64,000 bases of DNA from Bacteroidaceae bacterium (GCA_017481745.1 JAFUOV010000011.1:72629-136628); one strand, 5' to 3'; shown: positions 1 to 9,799, counted from the first letter of the stretch. The notes: generated from the sequence alone by a model not told the origin. Made by a program: numbers and translations.

Positions 1-624
1 TACGGTGCGGTCGGACATTTCTGCCAACGACTCGTCGTGTGTAACGATGACAAATGTGTGTCCAAACTCTTGTCGAAGGTCGAAAAAGAGATTGTGCAAC
101 TCGGCTTTGTTGCGTGTGTCGAGGCTGCCCGAAGGCTCGTCAGCCAAGATTACAGCCGGATTGTTTACCAAGGCACGTGCTACTGCAACACGTTGTTTCT
201 CGCCTCCCGATAGTTGTGCAGGCTTGTGTGTGGTGCGGTCTGACAGGTGTAGGTAGTTGAGCAATTCGCGAGCTCGTTTCTCGGCATCACCGGCTTTTGC
301 ACCACCTATCATGGCGGGTATCATCACATTTTCGAGAGCTGTAAACTCGGGTAGCAGTTGGTGAAACTGAAAAACAAAACCAATATTGGCATTGCGAAAG
401 CGTGCCATCTCGCGGTCGGGCAGGTTGTCGACACGCTTGCCGTCAAAGAGTATACTGCCCGAGGTGGGTTTCTCGAGAGTGCCTACTATCTGCAGCAAGG
501 TTGTCTTGCCGGCTCCGCTGGCGCCTACAATAGATATAATCTCGTGGTCGGGGATTGTGAGGTCTATCCCTTTGAGGACTTCGAGGTTGTCAAACGTCTT
601 GGTTATGTTTTTTATTTCAATCAT
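1..624 (-). CDS. ABC transporter ATP-binding protein, LolD/FtsE-like (C-terminal end lies outside the window)
   Basis: Reverse translation from ATG at 624-622 gives [22 protein letters not shown].... It has Walker [10 protein letters not shown], the ABC signature [15 protein letters not shown] and Walker B ILADEPSG. It is missing from the ORF track because it runs off the window edge. Its start overlaps the tcdA stop by 8 nt (ATGATTGA). Confidence 0.85.
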   Translation of the reverse strand, partial: MIEIKNITKTFDNLEVLKGIDLTIPDHEIISIVGASGAGKTTLLQIVGTLEKPTSGSILFDGKRVDNLPDREMARFRNANIGFVFQFHQLLPEFTALENVMIPAMIGGAKAGDAEKRARELLNYLHLSDRTTHKPAQLSGGEKQRVAVARALVNNPAVILADEPSGSLDTRNKAELHNLFFDLRQEFGHTFVIVTHDESLAEMSDRTV

Positions 625-1336
625 GTTGTGTCAATCTTTGTATAACGTAGGCTGCCAAGTAGCATCCAAATATTGCGGGCATGTACGATACCGTACCTAC
701 GGTGGTGCGCTTGTTGCGTTCGCCGGTAACTTCTTCGACTGCATCGGCTTGTGGTATCTCGGTGGAGTATACCACCGGCAACTTGTGGCGGATGTTCATT
801 TTGCGTAGTCGTGAACGTACCGCACGAGCCAGCCCGCAGTGGGTTGTTTGGTTTATATCGGCATATTTTATTTGCGACGGGTCTATGCGAGCACCTGCTC
901 CCATAGACGATACAACGGCTATGTTCTGTTGTAGGCATGCCGCCAACAAGGCTACTTTGGGAGCTACGGTGTCGATGGCATCGACCACAAAGTCATATTT
1001 CGCTTGTAGCAACTTCTCGGCATCGTCGGCTTCGAGGTATCGTTGTTGCACCGTCAGTTGCAGTGCCGGATTGATATCGAGCAGTCGTTGTGCCAAAACA
1101 TCTACCTTGGGCTTCCCTATGGTAGAGTGTAGTGCTACCAATTGTCGGTTGATGTTGGATGCTGCCACACAATCGCTATCGAGAATGGTTATACGACCTA
1201 TGCCGGCACGCACCAACATCTCGGCAGCATACGCGCCCACACCACCTACGCCCACTACCAATACGTGGCATTGTTGCAAGTGTTGTAAGTTGTTATCGCC
1301 CAATAGGAGCGATGTGCGTTGCATCCATTCTTCCAT
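617..1336 (-). CDS. tcdA: ThiF/MoeB-family protein, tRNA threonylcarbamoyladenosine dehydratase (TcdA/CsdL)-like
   Basis: 239-aa ORF with the nucleotide-binding motif [41 protein letters not shown]. The length and single-domain layout are typical of TcdA. Confidence 0.75.
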   Translation of the reverse strand: MEEWMQRTSLLLGDNNLQHLQQCHVLVVGVGGVGAYAAEMLVRAGIGRITILDSDCVAASNINRQLVALHSTIGKPKVDVLAQRLLDINPALQLTVQQRYLEADDAEKLLQAKYDFVVDAIDTVAPKVALLAACLQQNIAVVSSMGAGARIDPSQIKYADINQTTHCGLARAVRSRLRKMNIRHKLPVVYSTEIPQADAVEEVTGERNKRTTVGTVSYMPAIFGCYLAAYVIQRLTQHD

Positions 1337-1419
1337 ACCAACGACGAAGATATAACTTTTTTGTCAATAATAGCGGTAAACAGCAGATAATTTAACAGTT
1401 TGGTAAGGTTGCCCCGCTA

Positions 1420-2211
1420 TCAATCGGCAAGCCATTCGTCGATGCGATTGTCAATGCCCACAAGACTGCGGTCGGGACTTACGGGCACTATCGAAGCGTA
1501 GTTGTGTGCCAAGCAATATTCGTCGGTGTCGGGAGCATCGGGCTCGGCATTCTCGAAATATCCTGTAAGCCAATGGTATGGGCGACCAAACGGGTCGATG
1601 CGCGAGTCGTACTCGCCTGTCCATTTGCCTCGTGCGGCACGACATACCTTCATGCCATTCAAGCTGTCGGTTGCCGGAATATTCACATTCAACCCCATGC
1701 CCTCGGGCATACCCTTTTCAAGCGCTCGGCGGCACAGCGTTTCTACCACCTCGCGGCATATCGAAAAGTCGGCATCGGGAGCAAAATTGCATAGCGAGAA
1801 ACCAATAGAGGGGATACTCTGTATCGTTCCCTCAAAAACTGCCCCCATAGTACCCGAATATACCACACTTACGCCCGAGTTGCTGCCATGATTGATACCC
1901 GAAACAATGAGGTCGGGCATGTCGGCAAAGAGTACGTTCAGTGCCAATTTGATACAATCTACCGGTGTTCCGGTAGTTTTGAATGCTTTGTAACCCGGCT
2001 GTTCGTCGACTTGTGCCATGCGCAACGGTACATTTACTGTGATAGCTGCCGACTGTCCCGAGCGGGCACTATCGGGTGCTACCACAACAACATCGCCAAG
2101 AGGCAGTAGATATTGAGTTAGCGATTTAATTCCTTGAGCATTAATGCCATCGTCGTTGGTAACCAATATAAGCGGACGATTGGAGCGCGTAATTTTATTG
2201 TTATTGTTCAT
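1420..2211 (-). CDS. surE: 5'/3'-nucleotidase SurE
   Basis: Contains PLILVTNDDGINAQGIKSL and GINHGSN, both typical SurE motifs. I prefer the start at ATG 2211 (MNNNNKITR...) over the track start at 2280. The reason is a TATCTTTG -7 box (reverse complement of 2233-2240) that sits inside the longer ORF. Confidence 0.85.
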   Translation of the reverse strand: MNNNNKITRSNRPLILVTNDDGINAQGIKSLTQYLLPLGDVVVVAPDSARSGQSAAITVNVPLRMAQVDEQPGYKAFKTTGTPVDCIKLALNVLFADMPDLIVSGINHGSNSGVSVVYSGTMGAVFEGTIQSIPSIGFSLCNFAPDADFSICREVVETLCRRALEKGMPEGMGLNVNIPATDSLNGMKVCRAARGKWTGEYDSRIDPFGRPYHWLTGYFENAEPDAPDTDEYCLAHNYASIVPVSPDRSLVGIDNRIDEWLAD

Positions 2212-2232
2212 CTGAAAACCTTTAATGTGGAG

Positions 2233-2240
2233 CAAAGATA
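2233..2240 (-). promoter_or_regulatory. Bacteroidetes-type -7 promoter box (TATCTTTG) for surE
   Basis: The reverse complement of caaagata matches TAnnTTTG. It lies 22 nt upstream of ATG 2211. Confidence 0.5.
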
Positions 2241-2466
2241 GTGAAAGGAGCGTGAAAAAGAAAACGATAATCGGTTTCATACTTCACAAATAAATTTAAA
2301 AAAGAGTTTAATATTTCGTTATCAGGTAGTTTTGCATTATCTTCGCGTGGATTTTGCCGAGGAGGTTATTAACAAAACACCCCACTTATCAACAATTTGA
2401 GCAATTTGTGGCAAAAACAGGTGCAAGAGTAGGTAAATTTATCTTTTCTTTGCATGGATAAAAAAG

Positions 2467-3240
2467 ATGAATATGGGTAAAATTATAGCTATAGCCAATC
2501 AAAAAGGTGGTGTCGGAAAGACCACAACCTCGATGAACCTTGCTACATCTCTTGCTCTGCTCGATAAGAAAGTGTTGCTTGTTGATGCCGACCCGCAAGC
2601 CAATGCATCGTCGGGTTTGGGTGTCGATGTGCGCTCGGTCAAATGCTCGATATACGAGTGCTTGATAAGCAACAAGACTATCGACGATGCGCGTTGCGAT
2701 AGTCCTGTGCCGGGAATGTATATCGTTCCGTCGCACATCAACCTTGTAGGTGCCGAGCTCGAGTTGCTCAATCTGCCACAGCGTGAGCGCCGCATGAAGG
2801 CGTTGTTTGAGCCTATACGCGATGAGTATGATTACATCATCATCGACTGTTCGCCCTCGTTGGGACTTATTACGGTGAACGCTCTTACGGCTGCCGACTC
2901 GGTGATAATACCGGTACAGGCGGAGTATTTTGCGCTCGAGGGTATCAGCAAGTTGGTGAATACCATCAGGATGATTAAGGCAAAACTCAATACGGGTCTT
3001 GAGATAGAGGGCTTCTTGCTCACAATGTACGATTCGCGATTGAGACTTGCCAACCAGATATATGAGGAGTTGAAAGGTTACTTTGGCAGTATGGTGTTTG
3101 ATACGGTGATACAACGCAACATACGCTTGAGCGAAGCTCCCAGCCATGGGCTTCCTGTGGCATTGTACGATAGCGAGTCGCGTGGTAGTATCAATCATAT
3201 GCAACTTGCCAAAGAGTTGATAAAACGTAATAAAGGATAA
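2467..3240 (+). CDS. parA: Chromosome partitioning ATPase ParA/Soj
   Basis: Deviant Walker A motif [17 protein letters not shown]. 257 aa, immediately upstream of parB. Confidence 0.9.
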   Translation: MNMGKIIAIANQKGGVGKTTTSMNLATSLALLDKKVLLVDADPQANASSGLGVDVRSVKCSIYECLISNKTIDDARCDSPVPGMYIVPSHINLVGAELELLNLPQRERRMKALFEPIRDEYDYIIIDCSPSLGLITVNALTAADSVIIPVQAEYFALEGISKLVNTIRMIKAKLNTGLEIEGFLLTMYDSRLRLANQIYEELKGYFGSMVFDTVIQRNIRLSEAPSHGLPVALYDSESRGSINHMQLAKELIKRNKG

Positions 3241-3248
3241 ACGATAAT

Positions 3249-4127
3249 ATGGCAGCCGGTAAAAGAAATGCTTTGGGAAGAGGTCTTGATGCCCTCATCA
3301 ATATGGATGATATAGAGACTTCGGGAACATCGTCGATAAGCGAAGTAGAGTTGTCGCGCATACAGCCCAACCCCGACCAACCTCGTCGGGAGTTTGATGA
3401 CGAGACACTCGAAGAACTTGCAGCATCTATTCGTGAGATAGGTATTGTGCAACCCATCTCCTTGCGTCAATTGAACAACGGAAACTATCAGATTATAGCC
3501 GGTGAACGCCGTTATCGTGCTGCTCGTATTGCCGGCTTGCAAACTGTTCCTGCTTACATTCGCACTGTTGAGGATGAGGCGGTTATGGAGATGGCTCTCA
3601 TCGAGAACATCCAGCGTGAAGATCTCAATGCCATTGAGATAGCCTTGTCGTTCAAGAAACTGATAGAGATGTATGCCCTCACACAAGAGCAGCTGAGCGA
3701 GCGCGTGGGCAAAAAGCGCACTACGGTGGCTAACTACCTGCGCCTGTTGAAGCTTCCTGCCGAGGTGCAAATAGGTCTGCGTGATAAAGTGATAGATATG
3801 GGTCATGCTCGTGCGTTGCTTTCGGTAGAGAATGCCTCGGTGCAATTGGAGTTGTACAAAGCCATTGTTGCCGAAGGCTTGTCGGTGCGCAAGGTCGAGG
3901 AGTTGGCACGCAGTATGTCCAAGTCGTCGGCTGCAGCAGCCAAGAAGGTGGCTCGCAATACAGCTCGTCGCAAGGAGTATAGCTTGTTGACCAATCATCT
4001 TTCCAATTTCTTTGGTACCAAAGTACAACTTTCGTGCGACGATAAGGGAAAAGGAAAAATAAGTATACCATTTAAGAACGAAGATGAGTTGGAACGACTT
4101 GTCGCCATGTTTGATAAACTGAAATAA
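3249..4127 (+). CDS. parB: Chromosome partitioning protein ParB/Spo0J
   Basis: Contains the ParB box IIAGERRYRAARIAGL and the HTH segment LTQEQLSERVGKKRTTVANYLRLLKLP. 292 aa. Confidence 0.9.
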   Translation: MAAGKRNALGRGLDALINMDDIETSGTSSISEVELSRIQPNPDQPRREFDDETLEELAASIREIGIVQPISLRQLNNGNYQIIAGERRYRAARIAGLQTVPAYIRTVEDEAVMEMALIENIQREDLNAIEIALSFKKLIEMYALTQEQLSERVGKKRTTVANYLRLLKLPAEVQIGLRDKVIDMGHARALLSVENASVQLELYKAIVAEGLSVRKVEELARSMSKSSAAAAKKVARNTARRKEYSLLTNHLSNFFGTKVQLSCDDKGKGKISIPFKNEDELERLVAMFDKLK

Positions 4128-4915
4128 TGCGATTGTACGATACCATATTGCATCAACGTAAGCACATATTTATATATGTGTTTGTGATGATATGTATATT
4201 GGTATTCCCTCAATCGGGCTACTCGCAAGAGGTTACCGATGCCGAGCCGGTGAGTGCAGCAGAGACTGAACAGACATCGCTTACCGATGCGCAGTCGAGA
4301 TTGAACAAGACTTTACAGTCTTTAAATCAGCGTGTAGACTCTATGCGCATAGGGGCTATGGTCGATACTACGGTTATAGTAGCCGATACATTGCAATTGC
4401 CACAAAAAAATGAGGCAACATTCAACCCCGACGGAATGCGTGCTGTGTGGTTGTCGGCGCTTTTTCCGGGATTGGGTCAGATTTACAATCGTCGATATTG
4501 GAAGTTACCCATTGTTGTGGGAGGTTTTATGGGGCTTGTGTATGCAACAAGTTGGAACGGACGTATGTATGCCGACTATCAACAAGCATATCTCGACGTG
4601 ATGGACTCGGACCCCGCAACCAATAGCTATATGGATTTCTTCCCACCATATTATACCGAAGATGATATAGATACATCTTGGCTCAAAAATGTGCTCAAGA
4701 CACGCAAAGATGCCTACCGACACTATCGCGACTACTGCATCGTGGGTATGGTGGCATTGTATTTGGTGTGTATCTTAGATGCGTATGTCGATGCCGAGTT
4801 ATATCATTTTGATATGTCGCCCGATTTGACTGTCGATGTCAAGCCGGCTATTATTCCTGTAACATCATCAGTACAACATACGGCACTCGGATTGCAGTGT
4901 GCCATTACCTTTTGA
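4127..4915 (+). CDS. Membrane protein, DUF5683-like (conserved neighbour of parAB in Bacteroidales)
   Basis: Has an N-terminal signal-like segment and the motif LSALFPGLGQIYNRRYWKLPIVVGGF, followed by a second hydrophobic segment. Its start overlaps the parB stop by 1 nt. The family assignment is from memory only. Confidence 0.6.
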   Translation: MRLYDTILHQRKHIFIYVFVMICILVFPQSGYSQEVTDAEPVSAAETEQTSLTDAQSRLNKTLQSLNQRVDSMRIGAMVDTTVIVADTLQLPQKNEATFNPDGMRAVWLSALFPGLGQIYNRRYWKLPIVVGGFMGLVYATSWNGRMYADYQQAYLDVMDSDPATNSYMDFFPPYYTEDDIDTSWLKNVLKTRKDAYRHYRDYCIVGMVALYLVCILDAYVDAELYHFDMSPDLTVDVKPAIIPVTSSVQHTALGLQCAITF

Positions 4916-4920
4916 TTATT

Positions 4921-6381
4921 ATGACTATATTCAGTAAAATTCTTTCATTGACCATAGGTGTTTCGTTGTCGACAATGGCGTTGGCACAAGCGCCGGTCGA
5001 TTCGATTGTAGCACGCGATACAATAACCGATGCAAGATTTGAGTTACCTCAAGAGTATGTCGACAATTTGGAGAAAAATCTTGAAGATTGGTATCTGCTG
5101 AATTATACGGTGTATGAGCCGAAAAAGAGCCGTAAACATCATGATGTAAATTATCCCGACTCGGTATATCGTCAACGATTGTCCGATATGGAAACCATTA
5201 TAGATATGCCCTACAACCAGATTGTGCGTAATTGTATAGACCGATATATGCGCAATGTCAACAATTCGTTGAGTGCTATCTTGGGTCGCAGCACCCGTTT
5301 TATGCCCATCTTCGAGCAGGCTCTCGAAGAGGCTGGTTTGCCGCTTGAGTTGAAATATCTGGCTGTTGTAGAGTCGGCTTTGCGCCCCGATGCAACATCG
5401 CGCGTGGGTGCTGCCGGTTTGTGGCAGTTTATGGCTCCTACCGGTAGAATGTACAACTTGGAAGTGAGCTCGTTGGTTGATGAGCGCCGCGATCCCTACA
5501 AATCGTCGGCTGCAGCAGCGCGTTATCTCAAAGATTTGTACGACATGTTCGACGATTGGCACTTGGCTCTTGCTGCCTACAACTGTGGACCCGGAAAGGT
5601 GGCACGTTGCCTCAGAGCTACGGGAAAGAAAGATTTCTGGGATATATATTATATGTTGCCTTCGGAGACTCGCATGTATGTACCTCTGTTTATTGCCGCC
5701 AACTATGCCATGACCTACTATGGTGAGCACAATATCGAGCCTGTCTTGCCTGTTAAACCTCTCACAGTCGACTCGGTAACGGTGAGCCATCGACTCTATT
5801 TTGAGCATATCTCTAAGGTGATGGATATTCCTATGGAGGCGCTGAAAGAGCTCAACCCGCAATATCGTTGCGATATAATACCCGCCAGCAGCGCCAAGTC
5901 GTATTCGCTTACACTCCCTTCACAACAGGCCTTTGCATTTGTTGTGATGCAAGACTCTATCATAGCTTTTGCCAAGAAAGAGATGGAGGCGCAAGGTATT
6001 ACCGAGGATGATTTTACGTCGGAGCCTACTCCGATATATCACAAAGTGCGTAGTGGCGAGACACTATCGAAGATTGCTCGCAAGTATAACACTACCGTCA
6101 AAAACATTAAAAAGTGGAGTGGTATAAAGAGCGACCGCTTGCGTGTAGGTCAGCGAGTGATTGTAGGTTGGAGTAACGGCTCGTATGTCAACCCCAAATC
6201 TTCTACTACAAAAAGCAAAACCACCAAAGCGCAATCGACACCATCGTATCATAAAGTGCGCAAGGGCGAAACGCTCACAACCATTGCACAACGTTATGGT
6301 ACAACAGTGAAGAAACTGAAAAATGCCAATAATCTGAAGAGCGACCACATCAGCGTTGGACAACGCTTGGTTATTCCTTGA
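4921..6381 (+). CDS. Lytic murein transglycosylase (SLT domain) with two C-terminal LysM domains, MltD-like
   Basis: SLT motifs AVVESALRPDATSRVGAAGLWQFMAPTG and AAYNCGPG. Two LysM repeats: YHKVRSGETLSKIARKYNTTV...VGQRVIV and YHKVRKGETLTTIAQRYGTTV...VGQRLVIP. The start at ATG 4921 yields a signal peptide (MTIFSKILSLTIGVSLSTMALA). Confidence 0.8.
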   Translation: MTIFSKILSLTIGVSLSTMALAQAPVDSIVARDTITDARFELPQEYVDNLEKNLEDWYLLNYTVYEPKKSRKHHDVNYPDSVYRQRLSDMETIIDMPYNQIVRNCIDRYMRNVNNSLSAILGRSTRFMPIFEQALEEAGLPLELKYLAVVESALRPDATSRVGAAGLWQFMAPTGRMYNLEVSSLVDERRDPYKSSAAAARYLKDLYDMFDDWHLALAAYNCGPGKVARCLRATGKKDFWDIYYMLPSETRMYVPLFIAANYAMTYYGEHNIEPVLPVKPLTVDSVTVSHRLYFEHISKVMDIPMEALKELNPQYRCDIIPASSAKSYSLTLPSQQAFAFVVMQDSIIAFAKKEMEAQGITEDDFTSEPTPIYHKVRSGETLSKIARKYNTTVKNIKKWSGIKSDRLRVGQRVIVGWSNGSYVNPKSSTTKSKTTKAQSTPSYHKVRKGETLTTIAQRYGTTVKKLKNANNLKSDHISVGQRLVIP

Positions 6382-6398
6382 GGGTAGATAGTTGTGCC

Positions 6399-7124
6399 TC
6401 AGTCGAATATAGTGTGTAGTATGGCAGGCGAGCTGAGGTGTCCCATACCTGTGAGGTGTAAGTTATAATACATTATAATACGGTCGAGTATAGCCGATCG
6501 CTCGTTGCGCGAGAAGCGAAACTTGTGCATGTTGTTGAAATTCATTCGCAACAACTTTGTCATCGCTGCCGCCTCGATAGGGGGTAGCGAAGGATTGATA
6601 ATGGGGCGCATGCGCACAAAGATGCCCTCCTGCATGTCGAAATAAGCACCTCTGTCAAAGTCGTCGGTGTTGGGTGTTATACCTATATAAGATGTGAGCC
6701 CTATCAGAAAGCAGAGATGAAAGTTGCCCAACCCCTCGTTTATACCGTCGAGCAGTTGTATAGACTGTGTTACGTATGCAAACAAATCGGGCTGTGGCTC
6801 GCTGTTGCGCAGTACTCCTCCCAGAAACTCCGATAGGAACATCGCCAACGATGTGCGTATAGGATTGCTCTGTATGCGAGGCAATGGTATCCATGTATGC
6901 GCTTCGCGAATGCGTTGCATGTCGCGCCCTGCACGACACTCAACCTCAAGTTCCAATAACGACAAAGGCATATACAACGCTCTTGCCATCTTGGCACTTC
7001 TGCCATTGCCGCGAGGTAAAGTGTACGACACACGACCATATTTTTCGGTGTAAATGTGTACTACCGAAAGGGTGTCATTATAAGGAATTGTGTATAATAC
7101 TATGCCGCGAGTCTTTTCGTACAT
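6399..7124 (-). CDS. recO: DNA repair protein RecO
   Basis: 241 aa counted from MYEKTRGIVLYTIPYNDTLSVVHIYTEKYGRVSY (an OB-fold N-terminus typical of RecO). The upstream in-frame extension in the track is hydrophobic and was trimmed. Confidence 0.7.
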   Translation of the reverse strand: MYEKTRGIVLYTIPYNDTLSVVHIYTEKYGRVSYTLPRGNGRSAKMARALYMPLSLLELEVECRAGRDMQRIREAHTWIPLPRIQSNPIRTSLAMFLSEFLGGVLRNSEPQPDLFAYVTQSIQLLDGINEGLGNFHLCFLIGLTSYIGITPNTDDFDRGAYFDMQEGIFVRMRPIINPSLPPIEAAAMTKLLRMNFNNMHKFRFSRNERSAILDRIIMYYNLHLTGMGHLSSPAILHTIFD

Positions 7125-7241
7125 AGGTGCAAAATAACATATTATATGGTAAAGAAACAAGAAAAAGAGGTGCAAAGAAGCCTATAAAGAGCCATTTTAA
7201 GCCTAAAAAACAGGTAAATGACAAATTTTGAGCCGAAAAGT

Positions 7242-7272
7242 TTTGCAGTTATAAAAAAGTGCCGTATATTTG
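7242..7272 (+). promoter_or_regulatory. Bacteroidetes sigma-A type promoter (TTTG-N19-TATATTTG) for the tRNA-Glu/rpsT/tRNA-Glu unit
   Basis: TTTG at 7242-7245, a 19-nt spacer, then TATATTTG at 7265-7272. It lies 48 nt upstream of the tRNA 5' end. Confidence 0.6.
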
Positions 7273-7320
7273 CACTCGCTTTTGCAAGTAGCATCTGTGC
7301 ACTGCAAGGTCAATAGGTAA

Positions 7321-7392
7321 GGCCCATTCGTCTATCGGTTAGGACGCAAGATTTTCATTCTTGAAAGAGCGGTTCGATTCCGCTATGGGCTA
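7321..7392 (+). tRNA. tRNA-Glu (anticodon UUC)
   Basis: Cloverleaf folded by eye. Acceptor stem is GGCCCAT/ATGGGCT, anticodon stem CAAGA/TCTTG with loop TTTTCAT (anticodon TTC), and T arm AGCGG-TTCGATT-CCGCT. CCA is not encoded. Confidence 0.9.
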
Positions 7393-7419
7393 CAGATAAT
7401 AAATAAAACACTAAAGAAT

Positions 7420-7671
7420 ATGGCAAATCATAAATCTGCTAAAAAAAGAATTAGAGAGACACAAGTAAGAAACTTGCACAACCGTTACTATGCTAAAACT
7501 GCTCGTAACGCTATGCGTAAGTTGCGTGCTACCACTGTAAAAGATGAGGCAGCCGAATTGTACAAGAAAGTAAGCTCAATGCTCGACAAGCTCGCTAAGA
7601 AGAATATCATTCACGCTAACAAAGCAGCTAACCTCAAGTCGAAGCTTGCTCTTCACGTTAACGCTCTCTAA
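7420..7671 (+). CDS. rpsT: 30S ribosomal protein S20
   Basis: [36 protein letters not shown]..., 83 aa and highly basic. The start is 27 nt after the upstream tRNA. Confidence 0.95.
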   Translation: MANHKSAKKRIRETQVRNLHNRYYAKTARNAMRKLRATTVKDEAAELYKKVSSMLDKLAKKNIIHANKAANLKSKLALHVNAL

Positions 7672-7714
7672 TCGGAGTTTAACCTTTACAGGTGGTTGTT
7701 AAACCCCTGATGAT

Positions 7715-7789
7715 GGCCCATTCGTCTATCGGTTAGGACGCAAGATTTTCATTCTTGAAAGAGCGGTTCGATTCCGCTATGGGCTACCA
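7715..7789 (+). tRNA. tRNA-Glu (anticodon UUC), second copy, CCA encoded
   Basis: Positions 7715-7786 are 72/72 identical to 7321-7392. Here they are followed by CCA (7787-7789). Confidence 0.9.
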
Positions 7790-7790
7790 A

Positions 7791-7818
7791 GACCGTCTAA
7801 ATCAGACGGTCTTTTCTT
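7791..7818 (+). terminator. Rho-independent terminator of the tRNA/rpsT unit
   Basis: Stem GACCGTCT/AGACGGTC with loop AAATC, followed by TTTTCTT. Confidence 0.75.
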
Positions 7819-7870
7819 GTGTGGCGATACTTCATCATCGCTGTCTATTCATAACCCTATATATTAAGCA

Positions 7871-7906
7871 ACAACCACAAGACCAACGATTGAGTCTTGT
7901 GGTTGT
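7871..7906. terminator. 13-bp hairpin between convergent units (terminator-like, lacks a clear U-tract)
   Basis: ACAACCACAAGAC (7871-7883) pairs with GTCTTGTGGTTGT (7894-7906). It lies 62 nt downstream of the antiporter gene stop. Confidence 0.4.
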
Positions 7907-7967
7907 TTCACTATGCAATGTCTCGAAAAACGTTTCAGGCAGTATGGGTCGCGCTATTGCGGTTGCT

Positions 7968-9434
7968 TTATATCTTTATTTTCTCACGTGGTTTTACCTC
8001 TTGCGATAGCAACAGCAAGCGGTCGCCAACAATAAGCTGTACCGAGCCGTTGGGAACGATGTAATCTTCGCCGCGGCGTATAAGCATCACCAGCGCGCCT
8101 TTGGGCAACTTCACCTCTTTGAGTGTAACGCCGTCTACAAGCATATCGGCGGTAACGTCAATGGCGTTGAGCGATGTGTCGAGCTCTTCGGGGATTTCTA
8201 TACCGAAGTGGTCGGGTGTTTCGGGTTGTGGTTCCGACACCTTTAACCAGCGCGCCATGGTAGAAAGGGTTGTGCCTTGAACAATGAGCGATAGTATTGT
8301 TACAAAAAATACGACATTGAAAATGATATTTGCTCCCTCAACATTGGCTATAATGGGGTAGGTGGCAAATAGGATGGGTGCTGCACCACGTAGACCCACC
8401 CACGACACGAAGAGGCGAGAGGTGAGCTTCATCTTGCGGAATGGTAGTAGGCAGATGAAAACACTGAGAGGACGACCAACGATAATCATGAAGATACCAA
8501 TGAGTGCTCCTGCTCCGGCTATCGACATCATCTCGCGCGGATTTACCAAAAGACCCAATATCAAGAACAATACAATTTGCAACAACCATGTTACACCATC
8601 GAGGAAGGTCGAAATTTCGCGTTTGAAGCAAATGCGGCTATTTCCTACTACGATACCGGCAATGTATACAGCCAAGAAACCGTTACCATGGCACACATCG
8701 GTGATTGAGTATACAAAGAAAGCCAATCCCAAAACAACAATGGGGTATAATGACGTGTTGTGCAACGATAGTTTGTTGATAATCCATACCGAGGCTCTAC
8801 CCAACAGGAAGCCGGCAATGCCACCTACGGCAAATTGTATCAAAAGCATTGATACCACCTCGTTGGCAGATACGCCTCCCGAGCCTACAACTTGTATAAG
8901 TACCAGTGTAAGCATATATGCCATGGGGTCGTTACTACCACTCTCAAGCTCCAGCATGGGTCGCAGATTGTGCTTGAGCGACATACGCTGCGAGCGTAGT
9001 ATGTTGAATACCGAGGCAGAGTCGGTAGACGACATGGTTGCTGCCAGTAGTAGTGAGGTAGTCAGTGATAACGAGATGTTTATCCATCCAAATCCCGATA
9101 GCCAGTAGATAAAAAGACCCGAAAAGAGGGTTGTTAATACAACGCCCAGAGTCGATAACACGATACCCGGAGTAAGTACCGGCTTGATGTCGGAAAATCG
9201 GGTGTCAAGACCACCAGAAAATAGTATGACACTCAAGGCTATAACACCTATAAATTGTGCTTCAGATGCATTATGAAATTGTAATCCAAGACCGTCGCTG
9301 CCAAAAAGCATTCCGGCAATTAAGAAGACAAGTAGTGTGGGGACACCAAAGCGGTATCCGGCTTTGCTGAGCACTATGCTGACGATGAGTAGGATAGAGC
9401 CCACAAGTAAGATATTTCCGGTGGTAATTATCAT
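7968..9434 (-). CDS. nhaP2: K+(Na+)/H+ antiporter of the NhaP2/CvrA type with a C-terminal TrkA-C domain
   Basis: About 12 hydrophobic helices, then a soluble tail LKEVKLPKGALVMLIRRGEDYIVPNGSVQLIVGDRLLLLS (TrkA-C-like). I chose the start at ATG 9434 (MIITTGNILLVGS...). A -7 box lies inside the longer track ORF. Confidence 0.75.
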   Translation of the reverse strand: MIITTGNILLVGSILLIVSIVLSKAGYRFGVPTLLVFLIAGMLFGSDGLGLQFHNASEAQFIGVIALSVILFSGGLDTRFSDIKPVLTPGIVLSTLGVVLTTLFSGLFIYWLSGFGWINISLSLTTSLLLAATMSSTDSASVFNILRSQRMSLKHNLRPMLELESGSNDPMAYMLTLVLIQVVGSGGVSANEVVSMLLIQFAVGGIAGFLLGRASVWIINKLSLHNTSLYPIVVLGLAFFVYSITDVCHGNGFLAVYIAGIVVGNSRICFKREISTFLDGVTWLLQIVLFLILGLLVNPREMMSIAGAGALIGIFMIIVGRPLSVFICLLPFRKMKLTSRLFVSWVGLRGAAPILFATYPIIANVEGANIIFNVVFFVTILSLIVQGTTLSTMARWLKVSEPQPETPDHFGIEIPEELDTSLNAIDVTADMLVDGVTLKEVKLPKGALVMLIRRGEDYIVPNGSVQLIVGDRLLLLSQEVKPREKIKI

Positions 9435-9462
9435 TGTTTTTTTATTATTTATCCAACTTGTA

Positions 9463-9470
9463 CAAAAATA
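9463..9470 (-). promoter_or_regulatory. -7 promoter box (TATTTTTG) for the antiporter gene
   Basis: The reverse complement of caaaaata matches TAnnTTTG. It lies 29 nt upstream of ATG 9434. Confidence 0.5.
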
Positions 9471-9563
9471 GTGAAAACAAAGTGTAAAAACAAGTTCTTG
9501 CAGTGTTGCTTTACATAAAACAAATTTTTTACAACATATTTTTGCAAAAAACGCCGCCAAATA

Positions 9564-9596
9564 TTTGGAAGATACATCAAAAATGTATTACCTTTG
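9564..9596 (+). promoter_or_regulatory. Promoter TTTG-N21-TACCTTTG for tRNA-Glu(CUC)
   Basis: TTTG at 9564-9567, a 21-nt spacer, then TACCTTTG at 9589-9596. It lies 20 nt upstream of the tRNA 5' end. Confidence 0.6.
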
Positions 9597-9615
9597 TCGC
9601 ACCAAAAAGGAAAAG

Positions 9616-9687
9616 GGCCGATTCGTCTATCGGTTAGGACGTAAGATTCTCAATCTTAAAAGAGGGGTTCGATTCCCCTATCGGCTA
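9616..9687 (+). tRNA. tRNA-Glu (anticodon CUC)
   Basis: Acceptor stem GGCCGAT/ATCGGCT, anticodon stem TAAGA/TCTTA with loop TTCTCAA (anticodon CTC), and T arm AGGGG-TTCGATT-CCCCT. Confidence 0.9.
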
Positions 9688-9692
9688 CAATG

Positions 9693-9725
9693 AAGCATCG
9701 TCAATTGGCGATGCTTTTTTATTTT
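9693..9725 (+). terminator. Rho-independent terminator after tRNA-Glu(CUC)
   Basis: Stem AAGCATCG/CGATGCTT followed by TTTTTTATTTTT. Confidence 0.75.
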
Positions 9726-9754
9726 TAGCGCCCTGCAATCTTGTTTTCATCCTA

Positions 9755-9799
9755 CCATTTTACAATTAACCCAATTAACCCCCATTTTACAATTAACCC
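9755..9799. repeat. Direct repeat CCATTTTACAATTAACCC x2 (27-nt period) with an extra AATTAACCC between the copies
   Basis: Exact 18-mers at 9755-9772 and 9782-9799. AATTAACCC occurs three times. Confidence 0.8.

Noticed and set aside
7755-8009. An 84-aa ORF on the + strand.
   Set aside because: It starts inside the second tRNA-Glu and spans its terminator, so it is not a plausible coding region.
9435-9560. In-frame N-terminal extensions in the ORF track. This one belongs to the antiporter. Others are at 2212-2280 (surE), 7125-7175 (recO), 46851-46919 (gyrB), 61769-61816 (rimP), 55141-55209 (the Mfa2-like gene) and 24818-24877 (the Omp28-like gene).
   Set aside because: The internal ATG gives the canonical N-terminus or signal peptide. 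In several cases a TAnnTTTG promoter box lies inside the extension, so the longer ORF cannot be fully transcribed from it.
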